From the IMG/VR virus record IMGVR_UViG_3300029478_000049, positions 1 to 5,503 of that record: a stretch of 5,503 nt of DNA, one strand, 5' to 3'. The first letter of the stretch is position 1. The number at the start of each line of letters is the position of its first letter. A program made the position numbers and the translations under genes. The notes below the pieces were generated by a model. The model had not been told where the DNA came from. It was given only the letters and a program-made list of their open reading frames with translations, and did no database searches. Of this stretch, positions 5,164 to 5,503 are shown piece by piece. The DNA is from a virus.

Positions 5164-5503
5164 TGAAACTTTATTGTATTTATGACCGCAAGGGTGAGCT
5201 GATGAACCCGCCTTTCGTTCAACAAAATAATGCTATGGCTATCCGTCAATTTCAAATTATGGTTAATCAGGCTTCTACTCCGGAGCGTTCCAATATTATC
5301 CATGATTATCATGAGGACTTCGTTCTGATGTATCTTGGCGAATTTAATGATAAAACGTGTGAATTTTCCCCACAAAATCCCACTTTGCTTTTGTCTACCG
5401 CTACGGAACTATTGACTCCCCCCCCCAGACTGCTAAAATGTAGTTGTAAGGTACGCTTGCCCGCTTTCTCATTCTGTGGTATAATCAACACAAGGCAAGT
5501 TGT
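5163..5503 (+). CDS. Hypothetical small protein, MKLYCIYDRKGELMNPPFVQQNNAMAIRQF.... As written, the frame runs through the C9 tract and across the circular junction to a TGA at window position 154-156, giving 139 aa. With C8 or C10 it would stop at 5434-5436 or 5441-5443, giving about 90 aa.
   Basis: ATG at 5163 overlaps the upstream stop (TAATG), with GAGGTG at 5152-5157. The first ~85 aa look like a genuine small phage protein. The segment after the poly-C is low-complexity and overlaps the promoter and terminator elements. The true C-terminus therefore depends on the C-tract length. Not in the ORF track, because it runs off the window end. Confidence 0.5.
   Translation, partial: MKLYCIYDRKGELMNPPFVQQNNAMAIRQFQIMVNQASTPERSNIIHDYHEDFVLMYLGEFNDKTCEFSPQNPTLLLSTATELLTPPPRLLKCSCKVRLPAFSFCGIINTRQV
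5418..5426. repeat. C9 homopolymer immediately upstream of the circular junction.
   Basis: Nine consecutive C read at 5418-5426. It sits at the contig break point and inside the last ORF. Confidence 0.9.
5427..5503. repeat. Second copy of the terminal redundancy. Together with 1-77 this is a circularisation signature of the assembly.
   Basis: Exact 77/77 identity with positions 1-77. Confidence 0.95.

Overview
The window appears to be a complete circular ssDNA phage genome of the family Microviridae, gokushovirus-like, with a unit length of 5426 nt. It is written with a 77-nt terminal redundancy: positions 1-77 are identical to 5427-5503. All convincing genes are on the + strand, as expected for a microvirus. 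They are a VP3-like internal scaffolding protein (282-725), the major capsid protein VP1/F (934-2610) and a Gly/Ala-rich VP2 DNA-pilot protein (2627-3427). Then come an 89-aa protein with an N-terminal transmembrane segment (3439-3708) and a 37-aa Arg/Lys-rich J-like DNA-binding ORF that the ORF track missed (3747-3860). They are followed by the rolling-circle replication initiator VP4 (3878-4822), an 86-aa Cys-rich orphan (4903-5163) and a final small ORF that runs through a C9 homopolymer and across the circular junction. Every gene has a strong Shine-Dalgarno sequence (AAGGAG or GAGGTG). Non-coding highlights are listed here. (1) A perfect 19-bp hairpin between VP3 and VP1 whose loop carries the phiX174-type nick motif ACTTG/ATA, a candidate replication origin. 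(2) A textbook sigma70 promoter (TTGACA-17-TG-n-TATAAT) preceded by three helically phased A-tract repeats, directly after rep. (3) An extended -10 promoter plus a terminator-like element in the long intergenic region. (4) Direct 12-nt repeats that could be iterons. The most speculative biology is the 89-aa membrane protein as a non-overlapping single-gene lysis candidate, and the C9 tract, which decides the C-terminus of the last ORF. No rRNA, tRNA, CRISPR or transposase is present.
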